Origin: Cyanophyceae cyanobacterium
GTDB taxonomy: Bacteria; Cyanobacteriota; Cyanobacteriia; Cyanobacteriales; JBHJGN01
DNA length: 64,000 nucleotides
Reading direction: 5' to 3'
Assembly: GCA_050331735.1 (NCBI GenBank)
Contig: JBHJGN010000023.1
Coordinates: 140,881 to 204,880 of the forward strand
The notes beneath the pieces are model-generated. The model had not been told where the DNA came from and did no database searches. It worked only from the letters and a program-made list of their open reading frames with translations. A program made the position numbers and the translations under genes. Below, piece after piece: positions 30,147 to 41,247 of the stretch; positions within the stretch are counted from its first letter, which is position 1; every line of letters begins with the position of its first letter.

Positions 30147-31576
30147 TCTTCAGAGCTTTGCCAGAAAAAACGCCTTTCTTCGGGTAAATCAATAAACACG
30201 CGGTCTTCAGCGGTAAGGCCGGAGAGAATCTGAGTTTGGTCTTCTAAAGTCAGCCCAATCGTGACGGGCTTAAATTCCGGTTTGTTGCTCGCATCCGGAA
30301 CCATTACTCCCGTCTCTCCTTCTTCGGTAACGATCGCCACCGTCGGCACGACTAATGCCTCGCTAATCTCTCTCCCCAAAAAGGTTACATCCACATTCAT
30401 CTTCGAGCGCAACTGTTCTTGTCCGGTTAACAGCGCTACAGTGACTTCAAAGGAGGTCACGTTCTGCTCCACAATCGCTTCTGGGGCTACCTGCTTGACC
30501 TGTCCTTGAAACACCTGATTGGGGTAAGCATCCGCCGTGATTCTCACCGCCTGTCCGGGCTGGAGTTGACCGACATCCACCTCTGGCACCTTGGCCACCA
30601 CTTCTAATCCCTTGGCCAGGGCCAAGATCGAACTCGACGTGGCAGAAGCGGTACTGGAGGCGGAGGTGGTTGGCGTGACAAAAGCACCGGCAGTGGCATA
30701 GGTCTGAGTCACAATTCCGTCAAACGGAGCCGTAATAATCGTGTCTCGGTACTGAATTTTGACGTTTTCTAAGTTGGCGCGAGCGCTTTCGGCAGCGGCC
30801 TGTCGCTGAGCTATCTCAGCATTCGCGCTTTGCTGACGTTGCGCGAGGGCAATTTGGGCTTCGTTAACCGCGGCTTGCAAACGCTCTACTTCGGGGCGGG
30901 CAGTACTTTGAGTCTGTTCGAGGCGCTTTCTGGCTTCAAACAAGCCCGCCTCAGCGTTGCGGTACTCATCCAAAGCCTCATCAAGACGATCTTGGGCTTC
31001 GGCTCCTTCCTCAACTAGGTAGCGGTAGCGACGGACCCGTTCTCCAGCCAGTCGGTAGCGAGACTCTGCCGCGGCCACCTGAGCCTCTGTCTGAGCAACC
31101 TCCTGGGGAATCCGCGAGCGAGCTTCTTGAAGATTGGCCTGCGCCTGCTGCAAACGAGCCTGAAGCTGCTGCACTTCTCCGGGAATCGTCACTTGAGCCT
31201 GCTCGAAAGCAGCGATCGCTTCCTGAAGATTGGCCTGCGCCTGAACCCCCTGAGCCTGCACCTGATCGTTTTTCATCACTGCCAGGGGCTGCCCTTGCTG
31301 AACCCGTGCTCCCTGCTCGACGAGTAACTGCACCAACCGACCGGGATTCTCGGGACTGATATTAACGCTTTGGATTGGCTCCACCGTCCCGTTAGCGGTG
31401 ATTTCTACCGTTAAATTCTGCTGCTCTACGGGGACAGTAAGCTGCTGTAATTTTTCTCTGGCACTCGGGGCTTCTACCGCTAAGTAAGTCGCTACTCCGA
31501 CGACAATCACGCCGCCTGCCATCGCTCCCAAAATCCAGGGAAGGGGGCGATGAAGTTTGCCAAGCCGGGTTTCCAT
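30143..31576 (-). CDS. Efflux transporter periplasmic adaptor (MacA/HlyD family)
   Basis: N-terminal TM, ANGTVEP, lipoyl halves flanking a long coiled coil, ITAPFDGIV, VPEVDVG. Confidence 0.9.
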   Translation of the reverse strand: METRLGKLHRPLPWILGAMAGGVIVVGVATYLAVEAPSAREKLQQLTVPVEQQNLTVEITANGTVEPIQSVNISPENPGRLVQLLVEQGARVQQGQPLAVMKNDQVQAQGVQAQANLQEAIAAFEQAQVTIPGEVQQLQARLQQAQANLQEARSRIPQEVAQTEAQVAAAESRYRLAGERVRRYRYLVEEGAEAQDRLDEALDEYRNAEAGLFEARKRLEQTQSTARPEVERLQAAVNEAQIALAQRQQSANAEIAQRQAAAESARANLENVKIQYRDTIITAPFDGIVTQTYATAGAFVTPTTSASSTASATSSSILALAKGLEVVAKVPEVDVGQLQPGQAVRITADAYPNQVFQGQVKQVAPEAIVEQNVTSFEVTVALLTGQEQLRSKMNVDVTFLGREISEALVVPTVAIVTEEGETGVMVPDASNKPEFKPVTIGLTLEDQTQILSGLTAEDRVFIDLPEERRFFWQSSEE

Positions 31577-31896
31577 AGGTAAAAAAGTGTTAGCAATATT
31601 TGGGCTTCAAGTCTAATGTTCGACCGCTAGCGCTCCGCCTCTGAAGACTATTCTAGCTTCCTAACCATCTTTCCTTAGCCGATTAAAGAGGTAGTAATTT
31701 CCCTATTTTTTTCTGTTTGCTGTTTAGATATCAGGCAAGCTCGGAGGCTCTAGACATTTTTCACCCAGTCATCTTCCCCCAGCAGCGCTCCCTTACTCCC
31801 TTAAGAACTACTCTAGATTCCTGACGGGCGATAGAGTTCCCCGAGCCTTCTACAATACGGATACGGATCAATTAGTGAGTCAATCGAAATATTATT

Positions 31897-32769
31897 GTGT
31901 CTAAGCGTCTTTGGTTACTTTCGCTCTTAACCTGTGTCTGGAGTACGGCTTTGCCCGTCTTCGGACAGTCTCTTTTACCTTACACTCCTCGGCTAGATTC
32001 CGAGCAGCTAGAACAGCAGGGCTTAGAGCTAGCCCAAGATGCCATTCAGCTCTACCGATTTCAGCAGTACGATCTAGCATTGCCGAGGGCTCAGCTATCG
32101 GTTCAGCTAGCTCCTGATGCTTTTCAAACCTGGTTTATTTTGGGCAGCTTGTACGTTCAACAAGAAGAGTTTGAGCCAGGAATCGAGGCTCTGCAAAAGT
32201 CCCTGTCTCTCGCTCCTCAAGAAGCCGGAATTTTATTTGCTTTGGGCAACGCCTATTTTCAACGGGGCGATTATTCCCTCGCCGTTGAGCAGTTAGAAGC
32301 CGGTTTACAGCTCGAGCCGGAATCAGCCGAGGGGTTGTTTAATTTAGGCAATGCCTATTTGAAGCTCGCTCAATTTCCTAGTGCGATCGCCGCTTATGAA
32401 CGAGCTCTAGTTCAAGACAGCAATTTTTGGCCTGCCGTCAACAATATTGGCTTAATTAAGTACGAACAGGGTCAAGTCGAGCAAGCTATCCAGGAATGGC
32501 AAAAAGCGATCGCCATCGATCAGTCTCAAGCAGAACCTCGGCTGGCCGTCGCTGTGGCTTTCTATCAACAAGGTAGAGAAGAAGAGGGACTGAGGTTAGG
32601 AGAATCAGCTCTGGCGCTCGATAGTCGCTACGCCGAGCTAGAATTTCTGCGAGAAAACCTGTGGGGAGAAGAGTTAGTCAGCGACACTCAAAGCTTCCTG
32701 TCTACGCCGACTATGCAGGCAATTTTGGCTCGTTTACAGGAAGAACTGCCCGAAATCGAGCCCGAATGA
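31897..32769 (+). CDS. Tetratricopeptide-repeat protein with signal peptide
   Basis: Repeated LGxxY...A/G...AL..P TPR pattern. Confidence 0.85.
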   Translation: MSKRLWLLSLLTCVWSTALPVFGQSLLPYTPRLDSEQLEQQGLELAQDAIQLYRFQQYDLALPRAQLSVQLAPDAFQTWFILGSLYVQQEEFEPGIEALQKSLSLAPQEAGILFALGNAYFQRGDYSLAVEQLEAGLQLEPESAEGLFNLGNAYLKLAQFPSAIAAYERALVQDSNFWPAVNNIGLIKYEQGQVEQAIQEWQKAIAIDQSQAEPRLAVAVAFYQQGREEEGLRLGESALALDSRYAELEFLRENLWGEELVSDTQSFLSTPTMQAILARLQEELPEIEPE

Positions 32770-32899
32770 GGTTGTGCTGTCTTAGTTAATGTAGAGCGAC
32801 TCCTGTCCTGCTGGCGACTCCATGAGGCAGAAGCTTGCCGGGATGGCTCTGATATAGTACATATATACTTAAAAGGTTGGGTCTCTCCCAATCGCTCAG

Positions 32900-33304
32900 C
32901 TAAGCAGGGCGATCGCCAACGGTTTCCAGGATCTGGGCAATAAAACGTTCGTGATCCACAATTGGTTTGGAAATATAGCCATCAGCACCGCTCTGCTTGA
33001 GGAAGTTTTCCCGGTCTCCCTCCATCGCGTGAGCCGTCACCAAAATAACGGGTAAAGACGACGTTTTCGGGTCTCCCTTGAGTAACTGAGTGATTTTAAT
33101 ACCGTCTACCGATTTACCTTGGTACATACTGTGAGCCAGAGAAACATCCATCAAAATAATGTCTGCTCCTCCGGCTTGAGCAATTTCCATTACCTCTTCT
33201 ACGTCCTCAGTACTTTTGACCTGAAGTCCGCCGCGCTTCGTTAAAATCTTGGAGAAAACGCGCAGATTAATGGGATCATCTTCAACGATTAGAACGGTTG
33301 TCAT
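32900..33304 (-). CDS. Single-domain response regulator (DivK/CheY-like)
   Basis: VLIVEDD, DIILMDVSL, VTAHAM, YISKP. Confidence 0.9.
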   Translation of the reverse strand: MTTVLIVEDDPINLRVFSKILTKRGGLQVKSTEDVEEVMEIAQAGGADIILMDVSLAHSMYQGKSVDGIKITQLLKGDPKTSSLPVILVTAHAMEGDRENFLKQSGADGYISKPIVDHERFIAQILETVGDRPA

Positions 33305-33316
33305 GAAAATTAGTTA

Positions 33317-33508
33317 GAAATGGGGTTAGGGGCAGACAGTAAACAAAAGAGGAGGAAGGCAGCAGTTGTGCTGGCGAGCAGGAACATTTGGCCAACCGAC
33401 TCAACCCGAGTGAGCAGATGGCCTCCCTGAGCCTCAACCAGGTGAAAGCCTCGATAAACCGAAAGGAAAACGAGTCATCTGTTGTCTGTTTCTTGGCTCC
33501 ATCACTTC
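33317..33508 (-). ncRNA. ssrS: 6S RNA (cyanobacterial 6Sa/SsaA)
   Basis: ~190-nt minus-strand segment with ends able to pair; internal TTTCCTTTCGGTTTATCGAGGCTTTCACCTGG...GAGTCGGTTGGCCAAATGTTCCTGCTCGCCAG matches recalled cyanobacterial 6S RNA; ends approximate. Confidence 0.75.
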
Positions 33509-33638
33509 ATAATCTAGAACAATAGCAACGTCAATTATTGATTTTTTGTATTCTTCCCACAAAAACTGCCAAGCAGCTAGTATTGCTATTCTCAATATAC
33601 GTCGAATTATTTTTGCGCTCAGAATCAGGAAGCAACTC

Positions 33639-36116
33639 ATGGCCAAACAATTAAACCTATTGGGGGGACAAGTGATTCCCACCGCTCTCCACACGGAGAT
33701 GGAACGCTCATATCTTGAATATGCCATGAGTGTGATTGTGGGGCGAGCGTTGCCCGATATCCGAGACGGACTCAAGCCCGTCCACCGGCGGATTCTCTAT
33801 TCTATGCACGAGCTAGGGCTGACACCAGAGCGACCGTTTCGGAAATGCGCTCGCGTGGTGGGGGATGTTTTAGGTAAATACCATCCCCACGGAGACCAGG
33901 CTGTTTATGATGCTCTGGTGCGGATGGTGCAGAGCTTTTCGAGCCGCTATCCGCTCCTCAGCGGACACGGTAACTTTGGCTCGTTAGATAACGACCCCCC
34001 GGCGGCGATGCGCTACACCGAGACTCGTCTAGCCGAAATTGCCGACCAAGCGATGCTGAGCGAAATTAGCGAGGCCACGGTAGACTTCACGAGTAACTTC
34101 GACAACTCTCAACAGGAACCGGTTGTTCTCCCAACTCAGCTACCGATTCTATTACTCAACGGCTGTGCTGGCATTGCCGTTGGCATGGCCACGAATGTTC
34201 CCCCGCACAACCTCGGAGAGGTCGTCGATGGTCTCATCGCTCTCATTGACAAACCGGAACTGAGCGATGAAAAATTAGAGGAGCTGATTCCCGGACCCGA
34301 CTTTCCGACAGGAGGAGAAATCGTCAGTCGGTCAGGAATCAGGAATGCTTACCGGACTGGGAGAGGCACGATTCCAGTCCGGGGAGTTATTCAGGTGGAA
34401 AGAATTCGTCAAGAAAGACGACGAGGACGGGAGAAGACCGCTTTAGTCATTACGGAACTCCCTTATCAAACGAACAAGGCAGGCTGGATCGAAAAAGTAG
34501 CTGATTTAGTCAACCAAGGACGTTTAGACGGCATTGCCGATCTTAGAGACGAAAGCGATCGCTCCGGTATGCGGGTAGTCGTCGAACTCAAGCGAGATGC
34601 CAGTCCGAAAAAAGTTCTCCGTCAGCTCTACAAACAGACTCCGTTGCAGTCCAACTTTGGGGCGATTATGTTGGCGCTGGTGAATAACAAACCCTGTCAG
34701 CTTTCTCTACGCGAGCTGCTTGTGGAATTTTTACAGTTTCGAGAGCAAACCCTCAGACGGCAGTATACTTCCGAACTAGAGCGCTCTCGCAAAGAAGTGC
34801 ATAAGCTCGAGGGGCTGCTGGTGGCGCTCAATCACCTCGATGCCGTCATCGAGATTCTCAGAAGCGCGCCTGATGGCAGCACGGCGAAAGTCACGATGCA
34901 GGAGCAGTTAAATATTACCGATCCCCAAGCAGACTCGATTCTCTCCATGCCGATGCGCCGTTTGACAGGACTAGAGCGGCAGAAACTCCAGACAGAATAC
35001 GAGGAGCGACAGCAGCGCATTACCGAACTTCAGGGACTGCTGGAAAACCGCCATGAGCTGCTCAAAGCCCTCAAAAAAGAGCTGCGCTCGCTCAGGCGTA
35101 AGTTCGGCGACGAGCGACGAACTCGCATTATTAGCCCAGAAGAACTCACCACTCCCACCGCAGCGTCGGCTCAGAGCAACACTCCCCCAACCCCCACCCT
35201 GGTTCTCCCCATCACCTCTGCTCCTGAAGATGCTGTGCTCGAGATCACCAAGCAAGGATTCATCCGCTGGCAGGCTTTTCAATCACCGCCGCAGTTCCCT
35301 AAGTCAGGAGAAGATTTTGTCGTTTACCGAGAGCCCATTGCTAAACGAGAAGCGTTAGTTGTCATTGCCGATAATGGCAAAGCTTACCCTCTGAGGATCG
35401 ACGAGGTACCGCCGATTGAAGACCAAAAGCCGTTGCTCAGCTTGCTTCCTAAGAGCGCTCAACGGGATGCTCGTCAGGCCGTGTCTTACTTTTTCGGGCC
35501 CGATGATACCAACAGAGATTTAGTTCTGCTTACTCAGCAGGGACGCATCAAGCGCCTATCGCTCGCGGAACTGAACCAGTTGTCTAATCGGGGGCTGGTG
35601 CTGGTCAAGCTCAAGGAACCAGACTGCTTGCGGACGGTCTGCATCACTCAAGCCGGACAAGAAGTGGCGATCGCCACCACCGGAGGACGCATTTTGCGCT
35701 TTACCATCGATGAGCAACAGCTCCCCATCATGGGACGAAGTGCCCGGGGCAATCAGGCTTTACGCCTGCGCACCGGAGAAGCAGTAGCCGGCTGTGCCTG
35801 CCTAAACGCAGATGAAAATTTACTCTTAGTCACGGCCTTGGGCTATGCCAAGAAGCTGCCGGTCAGTGCCCTCCGACTGGCGAATAGAGGCGACATCGGT
35901 ACGGGGGCAATCCAGTTTACCTCAAAAGCAGACCAGCTCGCTCAGATGACGCTCTTTATGGCCGCAGCCCCCATTGTCCTAAGCACGAATACCCCAAGGA
36001 ATCTGTCCTTCAAGCCAAGCGCAGTTTCCTTTTGGGGGAAAGACGGCGTTGGTGAACCCGTTGTCACCCTCAAGCCAGACGAACAAATTGTCTCGGTGAG
36101 TTATCTAGGACAGTAG
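33639..36116 (+). CDS. gyrA: Type IIA topoisomerase subunit A (second GyrA/ParC-like paralog)
   Basis: [47 protein letters not shown]; no QRRGGKG GyrA-box seen; ATG 33639 preferred. Confidence 0.88.
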   Translation: MAKQLNLLGGQVIPTALHTEMERSYLEYAMSVIVGRALPDIRDGLKPVHRRILYSMHELGLTPERPFRKCARVVGDVLGKYHPHGDQAVYDALVRMVQSFSSRYPLLSGHGNFGSLDNDPPAAMRYTETRLAEIADQAMLSEISEATVDFTSNFDNSQQEPVVLPTQLPILLLNGCAGIAVGMATNVPPHNLGEVVDGLIALIDKPELSDEKLEELIPGPDFPTGGEIVSRSGIRNAYRTGRGTIPVRGVIQVERIRQERRRGREKTALVITELPYQTNKAGWIEKVADLVNQGRLDGIADLRDESDRSGMRVVVELKRDASPKKVLRQLYKQTPLQSNFGAIMLALVNNKPCQLSLRELLVEFLQFREQTLRRQYTSELERSRKEVHKLEGLLVALNHLDAVIEILRSAPDGSTAKVTMQEQLNITDPQADSILSMPMRRLTGLERQKLQTEYEERQQRITELQGLLENRHELLKALKKELRSLRRKFGDERRTRIISPEELTTPTAASAQSNTPPTPTLVLPITSAPEDAVLEITKQGFIRWQAFQSPPQFPKSGEDFVVYREPIAKREALVVIADNGKAYPLRIDEVPPIEDQKPLLSLLPKSAQRDARQAVSYFFGPDDTNRDLVLLTQQGRIKRLSLAELNQLSNRGLVLVKLKEPDCLRTVCITQAGQEVAIATTGGRILRFTIDEQQLPIMGRSARGNQALRLRTGEAVAGCACLNADENLLLVTALGYAKKLPVSALRLANRGDIGTGAIQFTSKADQLAQMTLFMAAAPIVLSTNTPRNLSFKPSAVSFWGKDGVGEPVVTLKPDEQIVSVSYLGQ

Positions 36117-36158
36117 CCAGCCGCAGCTCCTCGTGAAGCAGCTCAGGCTCCTGACTTC

Positions 36159-36677
36159 CTACACTTTAGCTTCTAGAGACTTAAGATACTCCGTATTGAC
36201 TCCCGACTCGCGCGTTAGGGCAATCTTACCGGTGCGAGCCACTTCTCGAATGCCAAACTTATTGAGCATCTGAATAATCGCTACCATTTTGCCCGGATCT
36301 CCAACGACTTCTACCGTCAAAGTCGTTTCAGAAATATCAACAATCCGCGCCCGAAACACCTGCGCTAGTTCGATCACCTCGGCTCGATTAGAAGCCGTCG
36401 CGTTGACCTTCACCAGCATTAGCTCTCTCTCGACACAAGGAATCTCAGTAATATCTTGAACCTTCAGCACGTTGATTAGCTTGTAGAGCTGCTTAGTCAA
36501 CTGCTCAATACTGCGCTCGTCGCCCGGTACGAGCATAGTGATTCGAGAGATGCCTACCTGTTCTGCCGGACCAACCGCAAGACTTTCAATGTTGAAGCCT
36601 CGGCGAGCAAATAAACCAGCAATTCGAGATAAAACGCCCGCTTCATCTTCAACGAGAACCGAAAGAGTGTATTTCAT
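36159..36677 (-). CDS. ilvN: Acetolactate synthase small subunit
   Basis: [44 protein letters not shown]. Confidence 0.95.
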   Translation of the reverse strand: MKYTLSVLVEDEAGVLSRIAGLFARRGFNIESLAVGPAEQVGISRITMLVPGDERSIEQLTKQLYKLINVLKVQDITEIPCVERELMLVKVNATASNRAEVIELAQVFRARIVDISETTLTVEVVGDPGKMVAIIQMLNKFGIREVARTGKIALTRESGVNTEYLKSLEAKV

Positions 36678-36874
36678 AAGCGAAGGCAGCAGATAAGAAA
36701 AACGATAAAACCGATGAAGTAGATTTGCAAACTAAAATTTGCATCCATAATTCCGTGTTGAATTATTATATCTTCTTCCGTCTGGGTGCAGTTCTTGTCG
36801 CTGGATAGATGACGGCTAACTAGCTTCTACTCATAATATGAGAGTTCACACTTGATTAACACAACAGTATACCT

Positions 36875-37222
36875 ATGGGGTGGCTAAAAAGATTATTCGG
36901 CCGGGAAAAACCGGAAAACCCAAAAGCCTCAATTGCTGGAACCGCCAAAACAAAATCCTCCGGTGGAGACGATATTCCTCCAGAGAGAGTTGGCTTAGAG
37001 GGAGAGTATGACCAGAGCGGACTGGCAAAACGAGTCGCTCTTGCCTTTGATGAAGATCCAGACCTCGAGGATGAAGATAGACTGTGGGTCGCTCAAACTG
37101 GCGGCACAGTAGTTCTCAAAGGCACTGTTTCTAGTCAATCTACTCTCGACAAAATGGTGAGCGTCGCAAGAGGAGTTAAGGGCGCAACCGCAGTCGATAC
37201 CGATCAGGTAAAAACTGGATAA
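36875..37222 (+). CDS. BON-domain protein
   Basis: GEYDQSGLAKRVALAFD, VAQTGGTVVLKGTV, GVKGATAVD. Confidence 0.8.
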   Translation: MGWLKRLFGREKPENPKASIAGTAKTKSSGGDDIPPERVGLEGEYDQSGLAKRVALAFDEDPDLEDEDRLWVAQTGGTVVLKGTVSSQSTLDKMVSVARGVKGATAVDTDQVKTG

Positions 37223-37264
37223 CGTTCAGGCAACTTTCTTAACGACCACGAAACCAACTGCAAT

Positions 37265-37420
37265 GGGGTAAGGGGAAGCGCCAACGGTGCAGGAAAGGGC
37301 AAAGGAGAAGGGAGAAAGGGAAGATGAAACAGTTTGTTCTCTAGCGCCGTGTTCTTGCCCCGTTCCGAAGCAACTATTTCCCCTTTCCCCGTCCTGGAGG
37401 GATCGTTTCCCCTGTCCCCT
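37265..37420 (-). repeat. Composite purine-tract/micro-hairpin repeat overlapping hydrolase 3' end
   Basis: GGGGTAAGGGG/GGGAAAGGG tracts, core ...gtgttcttgcccc, GTTCCGAAGCAAC, GTCCTGGAGGGAT. Confidence 0.75.
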
Positions 37421-38405
37421 GCACCTGCGGTGCTTTCAGCCAGCTCACTAGAATTTGATTAACCCGATCTGGACACTCATCATGAGGGCAATGTCCTGCT
37501 TCTAGCTCTACAACCTGAATATTGGGGTTTAGAGCCGCAAACGTTTGCGCGAGACTAGCGGGAACCATGCGATCATAGCGACCCCAAATCAGCAAAATCG
37601 GAATTTCTAGCGTTGGTAAGAGGACTTTGGCAGCGGGAGCGAAGTGGGGTTCACCAATGGCCCTAAACAGGGCGCAGAAAGCTCTAGCAGCGCCTTCGTC
37701 TTGCGCTGGCGCCGCTAAAATATTTACGAGTTCGTCTGTGATCGCGGTGCGGTCGGCATAGGCCAAGCCTGCCCAGCGCCGCACGAACGGTGGTCTTCTC
37801 ACAATTTTAAACACGGTTCTCAGCAATGGCGGAGAGGCGATCGCCCCCTTAACCATCGACTCTACCGTTTGCAGCCATCGGGGAAACTGCTCGCGCGCTC
37901 CGCCCACATCGGGCAGATTCAACAGAACAAGCGCTTGAACCATCTCTGGATGAGCGGCGGCAGTTGTCATACAGACGAGCGAACCAATCGAATTTCCCAC
38001 CAGCACCACGGGGCGACGAATGAATGTTTGCCAGAAATCGTAAACCTGCTGAACCCAGAGATGAACGCCGTAGGAAACCGGAGCTTTTTTGGAGCCGCCA
38101 AAGCCCAGTAGATCGAGAGCATAAACGGCGTGGTGCTGGCTGAGAACCGGAACATTGTGTCGCCATTGTTCGATAGAAGCTCCAAAGCCGTGCAGCAGAA
38201 TTAACGGCGGTGGATGGTCTTGAGGGAGCGGGGGTGCTGTTGGTCCGCAAGACTGTTCTGGCGCGACCGCCATTCGAGAGTCGGGGCTACTGGCAAGGGA
38301 GCCAAGAGGCATATAGGTATAGCGAGTTTGCCAACCGCGCCAAACCCAGTCTCTTTGCCTACCGATGCGCTCCTGCCAATGTCGAATTGTCACCACGGCT
38401 CTCAC
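37374..38405 (-). CDS. Alpha/beta fold hydrolase
   Basis: LLHGFGAS, ALDLLGFG, GNSIG nucleophile elbow, WGRYD, AGHCPHDE. Confidence 0.9.
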   Translation of the reverse strand: MRAVVTIRHWQERIGRQRDWVWRGWQTRYTYMPLGSLASSPDSRMAVAPEQSCGPTAPPLPQDHPPPLILLHGFGASIEQWRHNVPVLSQHHAVYALDLLGFGGSKKAPVSYGVHLWVQQVYDFWQTFIRRPVVLVGNSIGSLVCMTTAAAHPEMVQALVLLNLPDVGGAREQFPRWLQTVESMVKGAIASPPLLRTVFKIVRRPPFVRRWAGLAYADRTAITDELVNILAAPAQDEGAARAFCALFRAIGEPHFAPAAKVLLPTLEIPILLIWGRYDRMVPASLAQTFAALNPNIQVVELEAGHCPHDECPDRVNQILVSWLKAPQVQGTGETIPPGRGKGK

Positions 38406-38603
38406 TTTAAGAAAATTTACATCTCTATTTTAGAATGCTAGGCAGCTTGTCTGCTTTGTCGCGTAAACCGCCCCGAGTCTGGGCCTCTCACAAATTGAAA
38501 GTTTAGTTAATATGTTAGGCAAGAGGCTGACAGCCTCAGTAGAATGACTAATAAATCTTCTTGAAAGAACAACGAATTACACCGAATCTATTTAGCTACG
38601 CTT

Positions 38604-39134
38604 GTGAAAGACAGAAGACGCAGTAATCGAGACATTCCTCAGATCAACAAAAATATTCGCTTCCCAGAAATCCGCGTGATTGACACTGATGGTGCTCAAT
38701 TGGGCATTCTTACTCCCCAAGAGGCGCTGCGAGTGGCTGAAGAAAAAGAGCTAGATTTAGTTCTGGTGAGCGAAAGCGCTAAGCCTCCTGTTTGCCGCAT
38801 CATGGACTATGGCAAATACAAATTTGAACAGGAAAAAAGAGCTAGAGAAGCCAAGAAAAAGCAGCATACAGCCGACGTCAAAGAAGTCAAAATGCGCTAC
38901 AAGATTGGCGACAATGACTATAATGTTCGCGTCAATCAAGCGCAGCGCTTTCTCAAATCAGGAGACAAGGTAAAAGCCACTGTAAGCTTTCGCGGTCGGG
39001 AAATTCAGCATATAAATTTAGCGGAGGAACTGCTGCGGCGTATGGCCACAGATCTCCAGGACTTTGCTGAAGTTCAGCAAGCGCCTAAGCGAGAAGGTCG
39101 CAACATGATGATGATGCTGTCTCCTAAAAAGTAA
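38604..39134 (+). CDS. infC: Translation initiation factor IF-3
   Basis: [49 protein letters not shown]; start codon uncertain. Confidence 0.97.
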   Translation: MKDRRRSNRDIPQINKNIRFPEIRVIDTDGAQLGILTPQEALRVAEEKELDLVLVSESAKPPVCRIMDYGKYKFEQEKRAREAKKKQHTADVKEVKMRYKIGDNDYNVRVNQAQRFLKSGDKVKATVSFRGREIQHINLAEELLRRMATDLQDFAEVQQAPKREGRNMMMMLSPKK

Positions 39135-39146
39135 CTGATGGTGGTT

Positions 39147-39174
39147 AGTCATTCGTCATGCATGACGAATGACT
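39147..39174. terminator. Perfect 28-bp palindrome between convergent infC and UDG genes
   Basis: AGTCATTCGTCATG|CATGACGAATGACT. Confidence 0.6.
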
Positions 39175-39175
39175 C

Positions 39176-39856
39176 TCAAAAGGCAAACTCATTCAGCCGT
39201 TCCTGAAGCATCTCCGGGAACTTGTCGTAGTAGGTTTGGTTAAGTGGGGAAGGGTGAGGAAGCGGCAGTAGCGTTACCTGACGCTGGTGAGTCATTCCTT
39301 GCTCGTCGCTGGCTGTAAGCGTCACTTCCAGCTTAGCCGTATAGCGATCGTCTCCTTGCTCCCAAAACTGAGTGACTTCTCCCTTCCTGCCGTAGGGAAT
39401 AAACCACTTAAAGGCTTCTGTCCCAAGGGTGATAATTTGATGGCCCTGCCAATGCATTACCAGCAATCGCTCTACGAATGGACGAAACCGCTTTTTGACA
39501 GCAGCAGAATAAGCTTTATTGCCCGGAGGTTTATAGGGCACCGTATTTGAGAGCAAAACGCGATCGCAGACCGTGGCTAAATCCTCTTTGCCGTTCGCTT
39601 CTTGGTGGTGGATTGCTCGATACAGACCCTCTCGCACCAAGCTGCCAGCAGCCCCAATCAGCGGTTGACCGGCAAAAACTTCATCTCTGCCAAGGTCACG
39701 CCCAAAAAAGCAGCATTTACTCTTTAAATTGCCCGCATACAGAACCGGGTAGGTAGGATCTTTCTTGGCGGCTCGGTAAACAGGCTGATCGACGGGAAAA
39801 TCTTCTCGTTGGGCTTCCTGCTGAGTTTGCGCGATTAAAGTTTCGATGTCTGACAT
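39176..39856 (-). CDS. Uracil-DNA glycosylase superfamily protein
   Basis: FGRDLGRDE..GQPLIGAAG, SNTVPYKPPGN, ITLG, LPHPSPLN. Confidence 0.8.
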   Translation of the reverse strand: MSDIETLIAQTQQEAQREDFPVDQPVYRAAKKDPTYPVLYAGNLKSKCCFFGRDLGRDEVFAGQPLIGAAGSLVREGLYRAIHHQEANGKEDLATVCDRVLLSNTVPYKPPGNKAYSAAVKKRFRPFVERLLVMHWQGHQIITLGTEAFKWFIPYGRKGEVTQFWEQGDDRYTAKLEVTLTASDEQGMTHQRQVTLLPLPHPSPLNQTYYDKFPEMLQERLNEFAF

Positions 39857-40168
39857 TGAACTGGGTAATAGAGGTTTTAGCGATCGCGATTGCTAAGATA
39901 CCAGACAATCGCTGCTAATGTATCTATATAAAGTACAGTTATTCGTCATTCGTGAAGAATCTGTTCTTCCAGGATGGGGAAAGGTCGGCGTTAGAACGCA
40001 GTTTTCTGACTCGATAGCACAAAAGCGGTCTCTGGAGGCTTGACTTCTTGGGCATAATCTTGCTAGCTATTGGTTGAGCTATTTTGGGTTTTGCTATTGC
40101 CGTTCGCGGGGGCTGACTGCCTTCACTGCTAACGTTCGGCTCTTCTTCCAGCTAAAGCTGGGTTAACC

Positions 40169-41161
40169 ATGAAACTATTTTTGTGGTCTGTCGTCCTGTT
40201 AGCGGCTGTATGGGCTGCCCACTGGGGAGCAGACAAACTTGCTAACCCCTTAGAAAAACTGCGCCGTCAGTGGGGCTTAAGTGAAGCCGCTGGAGCTGCC
40301 TTTGTCGCTCTTGCTACCGCCAGTCCAGAAATTGGCACGAATACTGCCAGCGCTATTCAAGGACTGTCTGATATTGGCCTAGGCAACTTACTCGGCAGCA
40401 ATATTATCTCCGTCCCCGCGATTGTTACCGTTGCTTTCATCGCTTCAAGAACGAATTCCGAGCAGCCGTCAGAAACCAATCGGAAACCCGTAGTTTTGCG
40501 AGTCAAGCCAGAAGCATTGAAGGTCCAGGCCATTCCCTATCTGGTGATTGTGGCTCTAGCGGCGCTGCTCATCTTGCCACCGCCTTGGCAAGGGCTACAG
40601 CCCATTGATGGCTGGATTATGCTCGTCGCCTACTTGGTTTACGCCGGACAGGCCATCCTGCGCGAACAGCAGCAAAATCGCCGGGTCCGGTGGCAAAAAC
40701 AAGAGATTGTCCTCGCTCTCGCCGGAGTGTTGTCCTTGGCCATTGGCGCTTACTTCACCGTCACCGCAACAGAACAAATTGTTTCTGTCCTCGGCATCTC
40801 TGAGCTAATTGGCGGATTGTTTATTACCTCAACTCTCAGTATTGCTCCAGAAGTGTTTGCCACCTGGAGCGTTGCTAGAAGCGGACAGGTCACAGCCGCC
40901 ACCACCAGCGTGATTGCGGATAATACAGCAACCATGACGCTGGCGCTGTTGCCTCTCGCTCTGGTCTCAATTCCGATTAAAGACGTGCAGTTGTTTGTCG
41001 TCAATTTAGCTTTTGTCGCTTTATTGGCAGCGGTGTACGCGGGTTTGATCCAGTGGGGGAAAGAACAACACAGTTTTGAGCTTTGGGAGGTACTGACTCT
41101 GATTGCTATTTATGTTGCTTATTTAGGAGTCATGGTATTTTGGGTTCTCAATATTTTTTAG
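40169..41161 (+). CDS. Sodium:calcium antiporter family protein
   Basis: ALATASPE, GNLLGSN, second repeat LSIAPE; about 10 TM segments. Confidence 0.85.
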   Translation: MKLFLWSVVLLAAVWAAHWGADKLANPLEKLRRQWGLSEAAGAAFVALATASPEIGTNTASAIQGLSDIGLGNLLGSNIISVPAIVTVAFIASRTNSEQPSETNRKPVVLRVKPEALKVQAIPYLVIVALAALLILPPPWQGLQPIDGWIMLVAYLVYAGQAILREQQQNRRVRWQKQEIVLALAGVLSLAIGAYFTVTATEQIVSVLGISELIGGLFITSTLSIAPEVFATWSVARSGQVTAATTSVIADNTATMTLALLPLALVSIPIKDVQLFVVNLAFVALLAAVYAGLIQWGKEQHSFELWEVLTLIAIYVAYLGVMVFWVLNIF

Positions 41162-41247
41162 GGCTCGGTTAAACCGATGTGTCTAGGGGAAAGGGGACTA
41201 GCAATCGGTTTGAGTTTACACTGACAGAGATCCTTTCTTCCTCCTTC

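Noticed and set aside
33434..33775. Minus-strand ORF of 113 aa
   Set aside because: Overlaps the gyrA start and the 6S RNA; no recognisable motif.
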